A stretch of 64,000 bases of DNA from Chiloscyllium plagiosum (GCF_004010195.1 NC_057718.1:77667145-77731144); one strand, 5' to 3'; positions 1 through 12,819 are shown, counted from the first letter of the stretch. Numbers and translations: made by a program. The notes: generated from the sequence alone by a model not told the origin.

Positions 1-551
1 CTTTTATTGGTCAGAGTATTGAGTACAGGAGTTGGGAGGTCATGTTGCGGCTGTACAGGACATTGGTTAGGCCACTGTTGGAATATTGCGTTCAATTCTC
101 GTCTCCTTCCTATCTGAAAGATGTTGTCAAACTTGAAAGGGTTCAGAAAAGATTTACAAGGATGTTGCCAGGGTTGGAGGATTTGAGGTATAGGGAGAGG
201 CTGAACAGGCTGGGGCTGTTTTCCCTGGAGCTTCGGAGGCTGAGGGGTGACCTTATGGAGGTTTACAAAATTATGAGGGGCATCGATAGGGTAAATAGAC
301 AAAGTCTTTTCCCTGGGGTGGGGGAATCCAGAACTAGAGGGCATAGGTTTACGGTGAGAGGGGAAAGTGGAGACTGGTACAACTGCAACATTTAAGAGGC
401 ATTTGGATGGGTATATGAATAGGAAGGGTTTGGAGGGATATGGACTGGGTGCTGGCAGGTGAAACTAGATTGGGTTGGGATATCTGGTCGGCATGGAGGG
501 GTTGGACCGAAGGGTCTGTTTCCATGCTGTACATCTCTATGACTCTATGAC
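1..551 (+). mobile_element. CR1-clade LINE 3' end (ORF2 C-terminus plus tail)
   Basis: ORF 42-395 has LVRPLLEYC...LERVQKRFTRMLPGL...RRLRGDL, typical of the CR1 RT C-terminus; ends in (ctctatga)n tail. Confidence 0.92.
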
Positions 552-599
552 TTTGTCTATTTATCCTATCCATGCCCTTCATCATTTTATAAACCTCTC

Positions 600-765
600 C
601 TTTGTCCTATATTGCTGTGCATTCCTCCAGACAAACGATGCTGCACTGATCTGGGTGGTAACCTTCGACCAGGCTGGCATGGTCAGGCATTGTGACCTTT
701 TCTGCTGGTCATGTGAGAAGAGGACATCCCATGTTTGCACCACCTCATCCACTAGGATCTCTCAG
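600..765 (-). mobile_element. Harbinger-type Myb/SANT-like ORF relic
   Basis: Minus strand reads EILVDEVVQTWDVLF...PAWSKVTTQISAASFVWRNAQQYRTK; shares ctggaggaatgcacagcaat with ~13864. Confidence 0.65.
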
Positions 766-1034
766 ACCATATGCACAAAACAAGATGTTTATTTTCCCTT
801 GTCTGCCATGTCCAGCATAAACATCAACAACTGCGCAGGGCAGTTCCAGACTGATGGTGTTCTTCTTGGTCCACAACAAGTTTTAAAGATGGTGCTGACA
901 GCAAGGATGCTAGTCAGTTCCTGGATATCGAGCAGTGATGAGTTGCTCCAGGAATGGCAGGTGGCAGGATGGGGTGAGAATTGTACGAGAGTGGTGTCAT
1001 CATGACTGATTGATAGTTAGCGAGACAAGTTAAT

Positions 1035-1380
1035 GGGGTGGCATGGTGGCTCAGTGGTTAGCACTGCTGCCTCAGCATCAGCTACCCGGGGTTCGATTCT
1101 ACCCTTGGGTGACTGTTTAGAGTTTGCACATTCTCCCCATGTCTTCATTCGTTTTGTGTGGGTACTCCAGTTCCCTCCCACAGTCCAATGATGTGCAGGT
1201 TAGGTGGATTGATCATGCTAAATTGTCCATCGTGTCCAGGTTGGTGGATTAACTGTGGGAAATGCAAGGTTACAGGAATAGGGTAGGGGGCTAGATCTAG
1301 GTGGAATGCTTTTCGGAAGGTCAGTGTGTATTCAATGGTCTGAATGGTCTGCTTCCACACTGTAGGGAACTCTATGATTC
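1035..1380 (+). mobile_element. HE1/V-SINE-type tRNA-derived SINE
   Basis: A box tggctcagtgg, B box ggttcgattct, V-domain-like gagtttgcacattctcccc, CR1-like tail. Confidence 0.88.
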
Positions 1381-3318
1381 TGTGAGATTGGTAATTAGGC
1401 AAAAGTACTCACTGAACCTTGTGAAGAGAAGCACTCCATAAAATTTGAGAAAACTAACAGTTAAAAGCAAACATAAATCTTAACCCTCTATGTTTTTATT
1501 TAATATACCCTCATGCTGTGATAGGGAATATAGTCCATTATCTGCTCAAAAACGGAAAGTAAATACATTGAGGAACAAATACTGGCTCAAAGATAACTTT
1601 TCATTTTATTCGTCTGTCAACATTCTAGAAATGTAATATAACAACTTGCCTGTCCAACCATAATATCAGCATCTCAACTGAGATGTTAACGGGAAGGTTA
1701 ACTAACACCAGAAAAGAACATAGCTGCAAGTTAAAAAGAGCAATTATATCGGAGCTGAGAGTTAGTGTTAACTTTAAAATTATAAGCAATATAACATACT
1801 TTGGAGCACCCACCTTTGTTAGTATGATGAGAAACATATTCAACTCTTCCTCCATCTACTTGGCTCCTTATTTCAAGTAAGTTAAGAATGGCATGAGCAT
1901 AAGCTAAGAGCAAATGCCCTGTCAGTCATGGGTATTTCCTGACATGGGGGAAATCACTGGGAAAAGAAACAGGAAAGGAAGATAGAGAAATTAGCCTAAA
2001 ATCACAGGTAAAATTGTGATGAGTACTGATCGATGTTAAGGTTGAATATATAAATTCACTTTAATTTCTCAGCTGTGTCTGATTAATCTTTCACTCTGAG
2101 CCAGGTCATTCCAACACCAGTGATTAAATCCTTTGCAAATGGTGAGATCTTTCCAGATTGCCAGGTGGTAGCAACCGAGGCATTCTTGACAACTTGCTCG
2201 TTCACTGTCACGTTACTCAAGCTTGTGCTCTTATTTCACAGCTCTGGCATTATTAAAACCAGCTGCAAGCTTATTTAATTAACACCCAGGCACAGCACTG
2301 GGTAGTTAAAGCCAAAATTCCTTGCTACACACCCTTTAATTAAAGAATTTCTGATGTCAACTGAGTTTGTACAGCAAGTGGGGAAAGCAAGAACCTGAAG
2401 CAGGAGGAAAAATATTGATAAACTATACAGCTGCCTAACTCAGGCTACAAAATAACATTACAACTAAAATAAACAGTGTCCATATTGATGCAGCAAGAAC
2501 AACTGTGCCCAAAGGGCATTCAATGTTGAATAGAAAACTGCAGCAAAGAATTAATGACTGAAGCCAGGAACAGTAAATGCAGCAAATTCAGCTGTTTTTA
2601 GATGTTGATTGCTTTTCTACAGATCTCTGGCAATTTTTCTTTCAAATCAAAAAGGCTAGACAGTCCTGCAGCTATTATTACACGTCAATCACCTAGATTT
2701 GCACACAGACCTCAACAACTAATATACTACAATTTCTGTTGCTGTGTGTTCACCCGAATCATTTCTATTTTTATCTCTGTCTGAATCCAGTTTAAGCTCT
2801 AATCATGTTTTGCCTTCTTAAATTTATCATCCTGTGCTCCACATAATCAATGGAACGGTTAACAAGGAGAGACAGCAGCAACGAATTTAATTTTCAAACA
2901 TGACCAGAAGAATCCACGCAAGGAACTTCCTTCATTGTGCTGACAACGCAACCCAAACTCTAAAGAGCCCAAACAATAGAAAATGCCCCATATGCATACA
3001 CACCTACCTTGAAAATGTGCATCTTTGGGTCATTTTTAGGAGCAGATTGACAACAAAGTGGAGCTGCAGAATGAATTTTTAAAAAAAGTCATCCCCAAAT
3101 TTTCACATGGAAATTGCATATTTTTAAGTAGTCTGGCATTCAATGACTTGAGTTTGCAAGACAATTAAAAACTTCATATCTTCTGTTATTTCTAGTAGAT
3201 TGGTTAACAGCTTCTGTCAAATTCTTCTCTGCACTATTTTAATACAGTCATTAACTCTTATTTCAAATGGGGGAATAACTGGCTTGAAATAGTGATAATA
3301 GACACAGTTTAACCAAAG

Positions 3319-4450
3319 GAAGAGCGCCTCATCTTCTGCAACACGACGGTTGGAGGAAGAGCGCCTCATCTTCTGCAACACGACGGCTGGAGGAAGAGCG
3401 CCTCATCTTCTGCACAGTTCATCCACTTTACCAACACCTTCCACTCCGACCTCAAATTCACCTGGACCGTCTCAGACTCCGCCCTCCCCTTTCTAGACCT
3501 TTCCATTTCTATCTTGGGTGACCAAATCGACACGGACATTTACTATAAACCGACCGACTCCCACAGCTACCTAGACTACACCTCCTCCCACCCTGCCCCC
3601 TGTAAAAACGCCATCCCATATTCCCAATTCCTTCGTCTCCGCCACATCTGCTCCCAGGAGGACCAGTTCCAAAACTGTACAACCCAGATGGCTTCCCTCT
3701 TCAAGGACCGCAATTTCCTGCCTGACGTAGTTGACGATACCCTCCACCGCATCTCTTCCACTTCCCGCTCCTCCGCCCTTGAGCCCCGCCCCTCCAACCG
3801 CCACCAGGACAGAACCCCACTGGTCCTCACCTACCACCCCATCAATCTCCATGTACAGCGTATCATCCGCCGTCATTTCCGCCACCTCCAAACGCTTGGA
3901 TATTAGGAAATATGACTGGTAGTAGAAAATTTAAAAAACAATAAAATTAGATCATAAACTAACATTACACAGAGGAAGATCATTTGACCTATTGAGTCTG
4001 CATGACTCTTTCATAAAGCTTTCAGGTCCTTGGACTCCTCCATCGCCAGACCATGGCAACACGACGGTTGGAGGAAGAGCGCCTCATCTTCTGCCTGGGA
4101 ACCCTCCAACCACAAGGGATGAACTCAGATTTCTCCAGTTTCCTCATTTCCCCTCCCCCCACCTTGTCTCAGTCAAATCCCTCGAACTCAGCACCGCCTT
4201 CCTAACCAACAATCTTCTTTCTGACCTCTCCGCCCCCCACCCCACTCCGGCCTATCATCCTCACCTTAACCTCCCTCCACCTATTACAATTCCAACGCCC
4301 CTCCCCCAAGTCCCTCCTCCCTACCTTTTATCTTAGCCTGCAGGACACACTTTCCTCATTCCTGAAGAAGGGCTTATGCCCGAAACGTCAATTCTCCTGC
4401 TCCTTGGATGCTGCTTGACCTGCTGCTCTTTTCCAGCAACACATTTTCAG
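3319..4450 (+). mobile_element. Penelope-like element fragment with pseudo-LTR
   Basis: ORF 3514-3906 has YYKPTDSHSYLDYTSSHP (PLE RT C-terminal region); flanked by 16-bp duplication cacagtttaaccaaag at 3303-3318 and 4451-4466. Confidence 0.9.
4362..4390 (+). ncRNA. Minimal hammerhead ribozyme core in PLE pseudo-LTR
   Basis: CTGAAGA-a-gggc-ttat-gccc-GAAA-cgtc: CUGANGA box, 4-bp stem II, GAAA box, GUC triplet. Confidence 0.8.
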
Positions 4451-6029
4451 CACAGTTTAACCAAAGTAAAGCTCCATTATGACTCTCAAATGGATATTTC
4501 AATTAAATCATCTGGTAGGTATGTTGGGAGTAACCTTGATATACATTTAAGTTAAATTGTGCTTTATAGTTTGAATCCATATTTTCCAAATACAAAATTA
4601 CCCCCCCCCCTTACTGTCTGTTTTCAGTGTCCTTTCACATGTGCTAAATGTAATACAAACTTTCCTACCTAATTCTCAACTGACTAGAAGTAGCAATGAG
4701 AGCAATCTACAGGTGAGCAGACGTGCATCCACATGGAAATTATTCTCTGCCAGTTCATCACTGGGATCTCCAAGGCATACGGATTCATCAAAGACCTTAA
4801 TTTCCAGGCCCTAGGATACACTGAAAAGGTAGGCTAAGACTGGGATAGAATCCAGAGACAATATCTGAGGCTCAAGTTCTGGTGGAGAACACAGTAAGCT
4901 CAAGAAGGTCAAATTCCTAATCCATCAGGTCCATCACCATTAAAATATCATCAACCATATCACAGAGGTGGGGGCAGAATAGAGTAAGGCCTGCTACCTC
5001 TGGAGGTATGTTGGAGGCAGTAACAGAGGCAGATGAATGGCTAGTTGCCAAGCTACAATGTCCACTTCCATTTACTGGGACATTAGCTCACTTTCAATGA
5101 TGAATACCAAGTTCTCACTCACCTCTCACCCCTACCCTTCGTCATCCATTGTACATGCATCCATTCTCTAGCCCCTTTGTGTTCACATGTTTTGTCCATG
5201 CCCCCTCATTAGGGATTTTTTTAAGTGAAAGCTATTGATTTCTTTTTCAGTTTAAACGCTCTCTGCACATTTAAACCACATCAGATTATTGTTCTAGAGA
5301 CTCCAATTACTTCAGTCAAAACATATCAAACCTACAAGATGGCACTTTTGGAGTCAAAGAACCATATGTTTTTCTTCTGCATTTCAGTGACAACCAATAA
5401 AAAAGTTTGAGGAAGTTATTTTTTAGTTCCCCACTTGGGAATAGGAATCACCAGTGATTCCCCGCACCCAGGAATAATATCTGAGAAAGACTATCAAGGA
5501 GAAATAGGGATCTGGGCTCTGTACAAGAAAATGCGTAGCTCAAATTAGTACTAAGGACAGAAAATGAAGGACAAAAAAAAATCATGTTGAGAGGAGAAAT
5601 AAACAAAAAGGTGCTTACAAAGAGTCATCCAGGAGAGAGTTACTGACCTGTTTCTGTCCAGAGAGTTACTGATTCTGTCCAGAGAGCACAGAAATTTGAT
5701 TCCAGCGTCATTAGAATAGTTAAGACTACAGATTACTGAGTAAAAAGCAGCTGAATAGCAGACTCAGACTGTTTTGAATCTAGATGTTCCAAACCTTTGC
5801 TGCAATTGTAATTAAAGAGTGTAAATATCCAAGAGAGAGAGAAACCAGGTTCATCAGCTGATAAAAATGTGTAGGCAGGCTGAGAAACTGTCGACTAAAG
5901 AAACCACTCAGGTGCTCTAGTTACCATCCTACTGAGACTGCAGTATATCAAGGAATTGAGAAAGGCAACATAAAGCTACTCAAAGAAGAAAAAGGAGAGG
6001 CCATGAAGAAGGGCTCTCAGTATCCATTC

Positions 6030-7070
6030 AGAGTCATCAGAAAGCAATCCTCTTCATGGTAAGCTCAGCAAAGAATAGTGTGCATGTCTATAGTGTATGA
6101 AGAAGATGCACACTGAAATCTACCATCTGTTGCAGGCAGACCTCCAGTCCCCTGCAGACAAGGATGCAGTGCCAGTGGCTGTGGGAGTGACGGTGGCCAT
6201 GAACATTTTCACATCAGGTCCTTCTGCGCTGGAGGGATGATATCTCTGACAGTTCACAGTTCAATGTTCACTGTTACAAATAGGTGGAATGGAGACTTTC
6301 TCTCAAGCAAGACCCAGACATAGCAAGATACTGTCAGCATTGCCTGCTAATCTAAAATATATATCGACCCTGAGAACAATGTAGTGCTCATCACTACTGC
6401 TCTATCTGAGAGGTACTCATGACTGATGCACTGCTTGACAGAAGAGGGAAATACTTTGCACACTCTCTAAGAAAGAGATTCATCAGGATAATCACTTCTC
6501 CATGATACAAGGTGCCACTAACCGCATACAAGTTGCTCTGTGGGTGCCAAACCTAAATGCAGGGATGCACTGCAATATTAAATGGCATGTCCTTCCTAAA
6601 AATGCAATTGCTGTGTGACCATATTCACTACATAATGTTGGTCAGTTCTGTCAGCAGACTTGATGCCTTTATTCTGCACCATTTCACTATCTGAGTTCCA
6701 CAGAGGTTGGCTATTGGGCAACAAGTGAAGCTGCCAAGCTGCCTGTACCATGTGGAGTGATTGTAATGAGGTCAACCAGCTAGACTACACAGAATATGAG
6801 TTTTCTGATAGCTGCTGCTAATCTGATCTAATCAGGAAGCCCTGGCTGACATATAAAGAGGGGAGATGATGACAATCTGGCATCTGACTCTGAATGAGGC
6901 TGTCCTAATGTCAAGGACTGTTCATCTGCAAATAAAGGGTGACTTGGTGATGGATATGGCCTCTGTGGAGTTATTTCACCATGATTCCAGTGCACCTTGC
7001 AGGCAGCAAGAGCTGTGCTGACTCAGGAAATATCATCAAGCAGATCACTGGAGTTCTCAACTACAGACGT
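6030..7070 (+). mobile_element. Harbinger (HARBI1-like) DDE transposase relic, interrupted by an LTR-like insert
   Basis: Collinear degenerate motifs VPVAVGVTVAMNIFTSG (6169), FSMIQGATNRIQVALWVP (~6500), QLLCDH (~6605), DAFIL (~6662), GWLLGNK (~6705), RNIIKQITGVL-like (~7025). Confidence 0.75.
6762..6978 (+). mobile_element. Solo LTR-like element (~215 bp)
   Basis: TG...CA ends (tgtaatga / ttatttca), atataaa at 6851, aataaa at 6931; homologous to split copy at 29506-29557 plus 38741-38877. Confidence 0.7.
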
Positions 7071-7339
7071 GTGTGCACTATCAGTATCTAAGATGATGGT
7101 CACAAGTGAGATTTTGTGACGGTATTTTCAGTTTCTTCTTCACCTTTGAATTTCTCATTTTGCATCACTGCCTGACCACGTGGCAGTTCTTGTGTCACAT
7201 CTAACACCTGAACATTCACTTCTTCCACCATAGCGGCAGCAGCATGTGTATTTACAAGATACAACAATTCACCAGGGTCCTTAAAAAGCATCCTTGAAAT
7301 CCACAAACTCTTCCAGGTAGAAGAACAGATGAATCAGGT

Positions 7340-7594
7340 GCTTGGAAACACCACCAAGTTCCCCTCCAAGCCACTCACCAACCTGACTTGGAAATATATC
7401 GCCGTTCCTTCACTGTTACTAGGTCAAAATGCTGGTATTCACTTGCTAAGGGCATTACAGATTTACCTACCGTACATGAACTGCGACAGCTCAAGGAGGC
7501 AGCTCACCACCATCTTCTCAAGGCCAACTAGGTATAGACAATAAATGCTGGCCTAGCCAGTAATGCCCACATCCCATGAGTGAATTAAATAAAA
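7340..7594 (+). mobile_element. LINE/SINE 3' tail (L2-like)
   Basis: Ends ...caataaatgctggcctagccagtaatgcccacatcccatgagtgaattaaataaaa, resembling a common chondrichthyan retroposon tail; recalled, not searched. Confidence 0.6.
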
Positions 7595-8029
7595 GAAATT
7601 CTAAAGAATATGGGGTTACTGAATTTCCAGGACATTTGAGAATGCCTTATGAAGTTGCAACTTTCAGGAAAGATGGACAGGAATATTAGAGTTTAGGCTG
7701 AAACAGACTGGAAAAAGAAGTCTGAGATGTAACCTAATTGCATCTCCAACATTATGGAAGGGCTTGATACAGTATGCGTAATAAAGATGTTTTCATTTAC
7801 CACAAGATCAGAGATAGAGGTCGTAAATAATGATGAGGAAATCCAACAGGAAATTAAGGAGGTACTTCTTTGCTCAACAATGGTTGGTATGAAGGAATTT
7901 TTAATAGATAAACTTGCACCTCTTCTTTTATACTCTAATTCCAATCATTGACTTGAACATGTCCAGGCAAAGCTAAGCCTATGGAAATGGTGGGAATCAG
8001 GGCAAATCACTCTGTGTGAGGCACCTGTC

Positions 8030-8280
8030 CTTCAGGGTTCCTGCCCCTCCCTCAGATTTCCTCTCCCACAGAGCACCCTTTGCTCAGAGCTCAGTGCTGC
8101 CCTCCCTCAGGAGTCCCCTCCTATGGATCTTCCTTCCCTCAGATCTTCACTTCCTAAGATCTCCCCTTCCCTCAGAGCTCCCCCTCTCACAGATCTCCCC
8201 GCCCACAAAGCTTCTCCTCCTTCAGAGCTCCCTCCCTCAGGACCTCCCCTTCCTCAGAGCTCCCCTCCCACAGGACTTTT
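8030..8280. repeat. Degenerate C/T-rich tandem repeat
   Basis: Recurrent cctcagagctccc-like units at roughly 20-bp spacing. Confidence 0.6.
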
Positions 8281-9314
8281 CAGTCTTTTTTCCATTCAGC
8301 AAATGAGTGCCCTTTGGGCCTAAAGTGCCAAAAAGCTCCTTCATATTATTCTCCTTTTGCCCCTTTGAAAATAAACCAGACATAACAAAAATCCCAAATA
8401 CCACTTCCACTTATTCAAAGGCCCCCAAACCCAGCTTCCAGACTTTGGCTTCTCTCAGGTGCCTATGGATCCAGCTCAGGGTCCCCAAAGTCTAGGACTC
8501 TGGGCAGACGTCTCGATTCACCCATCCTAGGGATAGTGCTGTATCCGGGTGTGTAAAAATAGTCAAGACTCGCTCACTCAGTACAATGAGTATCCTTTTA
8601 ACTGTTTATTGTACCACTGATAACTTACAAACGTAATTGCCTTGCTTTAAATTAAATCAATTCATACAAATGCGTTTCTATCAATTTCTAAACCATATCC
8701 ATCCGATAATCACTTGAAAGGGAAGTATGTTCCCATCTGTGCAAATTTTCAGTTCTGCCCAGAACAATCCTTTTAAGTTGCTCCTTTCTTCCTAATCACA
8801 GGCTTCTTTTCATACAAGATACTTCCCCGCTGTGACAATGATTGACACACAAATAACACATTCCCCCAACTCCCATTTGATTATAACATCTTAATTCAAT
8901 ATCAATTTCATGTCCTGTTTTCACGAATAGATCAATAACATGTTAGTATGTTTTTTGATGGGGACTATTCTGGGTTTATCAATACCTTGTGACCAGTGAA
9001 TGAGTCTTGCCATATGAAGTTGTTTTGCTATTCGCATTTCCAAGGCCTATGGGTGCCAATTCAAATGGAATAGAACCATTGGTATTAACTTGCAAATGCT
9101 ACTTTTAGCTTGGCCACAGGAGATCACTGATCGAGACAGTCATTTGAATTTAGACAGACACATACCAGTGTGTAGTCTGATAGCATCAGTTACCTCCTAG
9201 CTATTATATTCATAAAGTCACTTCATCATGTCTGTGCCGCTAAATAACTTAATTTTGTTTCTCAGCTTGTTTTTAAAAGTTCGATTAAAATTCTCATTGG
9301 TTCCTGGTATACAA

Positions 9315-10065
9315 GGAGAAAGTGACAGCTGCAGGTGCTGGAGATCAGATTCAAAAAGTGTGGTGCTGGAAAAGGACAACCAGTCAGACAGCATTGGAGG
9401 ATCAGGAGAATTGACGTTTCCAGCATAAGCTCTTCATCAGGAATGATTTGGAGATGCCGGTGTTGGACGGGGGTGTACAAAGTTAAAAATCACACAACAT
9501 CAGGTTATAGTCTAACAGATGAAGGAGCAGCACTCCGAACACTAGTGTGCTTCCAATTAAACCTGTTAGACTATAACCTGGTGTTGTGTAAGGTGATAGG
9601 TCAGGGAGGAGGGTGGAGCGGTGGGGAGGAAAGGAAAATGGACAGGTAGGACAGTTAAAGAGGGCGGTGCTGAGTTGGACGGTTAGATCTGGGAGAAGGT
9701 CAGGGAAGGGGAGACCAGGAAACTGGTGAAATTGACATTGATCCCGTGTGGTTGGAGTGTCCCAAGGAAGATGATGAGGTGTTCTTCCTGTGGGGGTTGG
9801 GTGGCTACAATTTGGCGGTGGAAGAGGCCCAGGACTTGCATGTCCTTGACGGAGTGGGAGGGGGAGTGGAAGTGTTCAGCCACAGGTGGTGGGGTTGTTT
9901 AGTGCGTGTGACCCAGATATGTTCTCTGAAATATTCCACAAGTTGGCGTTCTGTCTGTACAATGTAGAGGAGACCACATGGAGAGCAACAGACACAGTAG
10001 ATGACGGGTGTGGGGGTGCAAGAAAACCTCTGCCGGATGTGGAAGGATCCTTTGGGATACCAGTT
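9315..10065 (-). mobile_element. Penelope-like element 3' part with a second PLE-type pseudo-LTR nested at ~9445-9590
   Basis: Reverse complement matches the PLE at 18090-18700; flanked by ttcctggt(a/t)tacaa at 9301-9314 and 10066-10079. Confidence 0.85.
9411..9440 (-). ncRNA. Minimal hammerhead core
   Basis: Minus strand CTGATGA-ag-agc-ttat-gct-g-GAAA-cgtc; stem II weakened. Confidence 0.6.
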
Positions 10066-10202
10066 TTCCTGGTTTACAAACTTGGTCCATTTCTGGCTTT
10101 GAGCTTTAATTTGGCTCCTTTAAGTTAAATGCTGAAGGACTGGTTACAATCCCCTTTCACACAGCTTGGTTGAGGCATACAATGTGGGTGCAATTAAAGG
10201 AA

Positions 10203-10461
10203 CAAAAACAGAAGTTGCTGGAAAAGCTCAGCAGATCTGGCAGCATCTGTGAAGAGAAATCACAGTTTATGATTTGGGTCCAGTAACCCTTCCTCAGAAC
10301 TCAACTTCCCTAGGACTCAACTTCCCAATTCTGAGCAAGGTCACTGGACCCCAAACGTTAGCTCTGATTGCTCTTCACAGATGCTGCTAGAGCTGCTGAA
10401 TTTTTCCAGCAACTTCTGTTTTTGATTTACAGCGTCCACAGTTCTTTTGGTTTTTATTTAA
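10203..10461. mobile_element. Palindromic PLE pseudo-LTR-derived short element
   Basis: About 95-bp inverted arms (caaaaacagaagttgctggaaaa... / ...tttttccagcaacttctgtttttg); flanking duplication caattaaaggaa at 10191-10202 and 10462-10473. Confidence 0.75.
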
Positions 10462-11147
10462 CAATTAAAGGAAGATGGGTAAAAGTTTAAGAGAAATATA
10501 AAAGAACTCAATTAAAGAGTGAAATGAAGATTATGGAAGGTGGGTTTAGAGGAAAACTAATTCTAGCATATAGTTGTTAAGCTGAATAAGTTGTTTCTAT
10601 GATTTGTAAGTTTTGCAATATAAATTGTATTTGCTCATTAATATGAACACCAGTTATTTAAAGTCTTTCTTTTTTCTAAAATAACTGTATTGAAATACAT
10701 AAGGTGACATTTAGGGAATAAATGTACCATGTCCGGAGCACAGCTTCTTGTTACTGAGTCAGTGGTCAGTGATCCTCTCATGGAGAACAAATTATGCAAG
10801 TGACAGAACAGATGTGCTGAGTTCTAAGTCTGAATCCCTAAATATAATTGCAAGAAGCTAAGGTCAGGGAGCACTAACCTGCAACAGTTAGCTCTCTTCC
10901 CCACTGACTTGGAAAGATGTCACCTCACCTCACTCCCAAGGCCTACTTTTACTTTATACCAGTGACTCAGAAAATACTTCAGTATGGTTAAGGGGTATGA
11001 GTGTTCCAGAAATGTGCCTGAGAATCAGTGGGGCAGTTGGCACTTTGTTCTATATTTCCTCAATATGTCAAAGCTTTGCCTTTTGTAGAGTTAGTTACTA
11101 ATAGATTTTAGAAACTCTGCCAAGAGAAAAATCTGGTCACAAATTTT

Positions 11148-11478
11148 GCTGGGTTGTGAACAGCAGAACACATGAGCATTCAATTTATGTATAAAATCTT
11201 AGAATCATAGATGATGATGGCACTGAAGGAAGCCAGTTTGTCTGTTGAACCTGTGACAGTCCTGTGCAAGAGCAGTCTAACCAACCTGGCTGTCCACCCT
11301 TTTCCTAAAGCCCTGTAAATTAATTTTCATCACGTATTAATCCAATTCCCTTTTGAAATCTTCAATTGCACAGCCTTCATCACATTCTCAGTCAGTATAG
11401 TCCAGAACTTAATCAGTCACAGAATATAACGTTTTGTCTTATGTCAATGTTGCTTCTATTGCCATCTATCTTTAATCA
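11148..11478 (+). repeat. 331-bp direct duplication, copy 1
   Basis: Near-identical to 12945-13275 with only scattered substitutions. Confidence 0.92.
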
Positions 11479-11529
11479 GTGTTCTCTAATTCATAATCCT
11501 TCTCCCAATGGCAACTGTTTCTCCATTGT

Positions 11530-12330
11530 CTGATCCAGTGCTCCACGAACTGGAACCCACTTCTGCCATACCAGTGTTTGAGCCATGTATTTACTTTACT
11601 AATCTTATGTACCCTCTACTAATTGGCTCATGGGTCAGGCAATAATTTCAAAGATTATTATCCTTGAGGTTCTGCTCTCTAATTTAGTGCCTAGCTCCTC
11701 ATACTAGCTATGCAAAATATCTTTCTTTGTCATGTCTATGTTGTTGGTACCTATATTAACTATGACAACTGGATCCTCCTCCCTCAAACTCCAAGTTACT
11801 ATCCTGCCCTGAACAGATGTCCTGATCCCTGGTACTAGGTCGGCAATGTAGCTTTCTGGACTTACACTGCACAGAACAGTATCATTCCCCCTCACTATAT
11901 TATACCCAATAAATACTACATTTTTTTTGCTCCTTTTTCAAATGACTTCCTGATGGTGAGTTAGCTCATCCATCCTGCAGCCTCCAATCAGAAAGAGCCT
12001 CAAGCCTATTGGACAATTGCAAAACCTTCTCGGTTCCCTTAGCTCATAGTCACACTTTCCTTTCCCTGACCAGTAAACAAATCAAAAGACCCTATCTTAA
12101 GAGGTGTGACCACCACCAAGTACAATATCTTAAGAGGTGTGACCACCTCCTAGTACAAAATACTTAGATAATTTCCCCCCTTCCTGAGGTGTTACAATGC
12201 CTGCAGTTTGGCGTCCAGCTCACAAACTCTGAACAGAAGCTGCCCTAGTTCCATTTGCTTATGTAGACATAATTGCCCTTGTATCCAGCTCCCTCAAATG
12301 CTGTAGCCGTGACATATCATCTGTCCTGCC
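11530..12330 (-). mobile_element. Old CR1 ORF1 (SGNH esterase-like) fragment
   Basis: ORF 11704-11895 contains DPVVIVNIGTNNI (GxND-like block). Confidence 0.65.
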
Positions 12331-12819
12331 ATCCTTAATGTCTATTTTAATTAACTGCTTAAATAAGCTATTCAATTATTTTTCTCATATATATTAACTT
12401 TACCATCAGTCCTTCTATTCTTTAAACTACTGGAACAAAACATACCTTAATCACATGCCAGATGCTCATCAAACAGCGAGCACCTTCCCCTGTAGCTGAG
12501 TAAGAATCAATACAAAACTGCCCACTCTGCTTCTGGGTGCTCCTTTTGCTCATTGTTCTAATTACTTTATTTGTCCAAAAGCATGTTTTATGTATGAGAT
12601 CTGTAAAAATACATTACAGGCCATTTCAACTTGAATATTCCAAACTTTGGAGAACATTTCAACTTGTTCAATTGAGCATGTTCCACTCGATACAATTGTA
12701 TAAATTCAATAATTACAACATGCATTGCATAGCTGATATACAGCCTGAAGACAAAACATTTCAAATTGGAAACAACAGAAAGTTTGATTGATGCAAGTTC
12801 TCTTTTTTTAATAACCTAT

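Larger units (their letters stand above)
8550..10163 (-). mobile_element. Possible solo LTR, interrupted by the PLE at 9315-10065
   Basis: tgtgtaaaa ... tttcacaca near-inverted ends; AATAAA on minus strand at ~8605; no TSD found. Confidence 0.3.

Noticed and set aside
475..1005. 176-aa ORF
   Set aside because: Chance frame across a CR1 tail and the antisense of a Harbinger relic
1035..1110. tRNA gene calls at A/B-box motifs (also ~13350, ~44790, ~62700)
   Set aside because: They are SINE heads continuing into SINE bodies, with no evident cloverleaf
12093..12147. Short duplication atcttaagaggtgtgaccacc
   Set aside because: Ordinary local slippage within an old CR1
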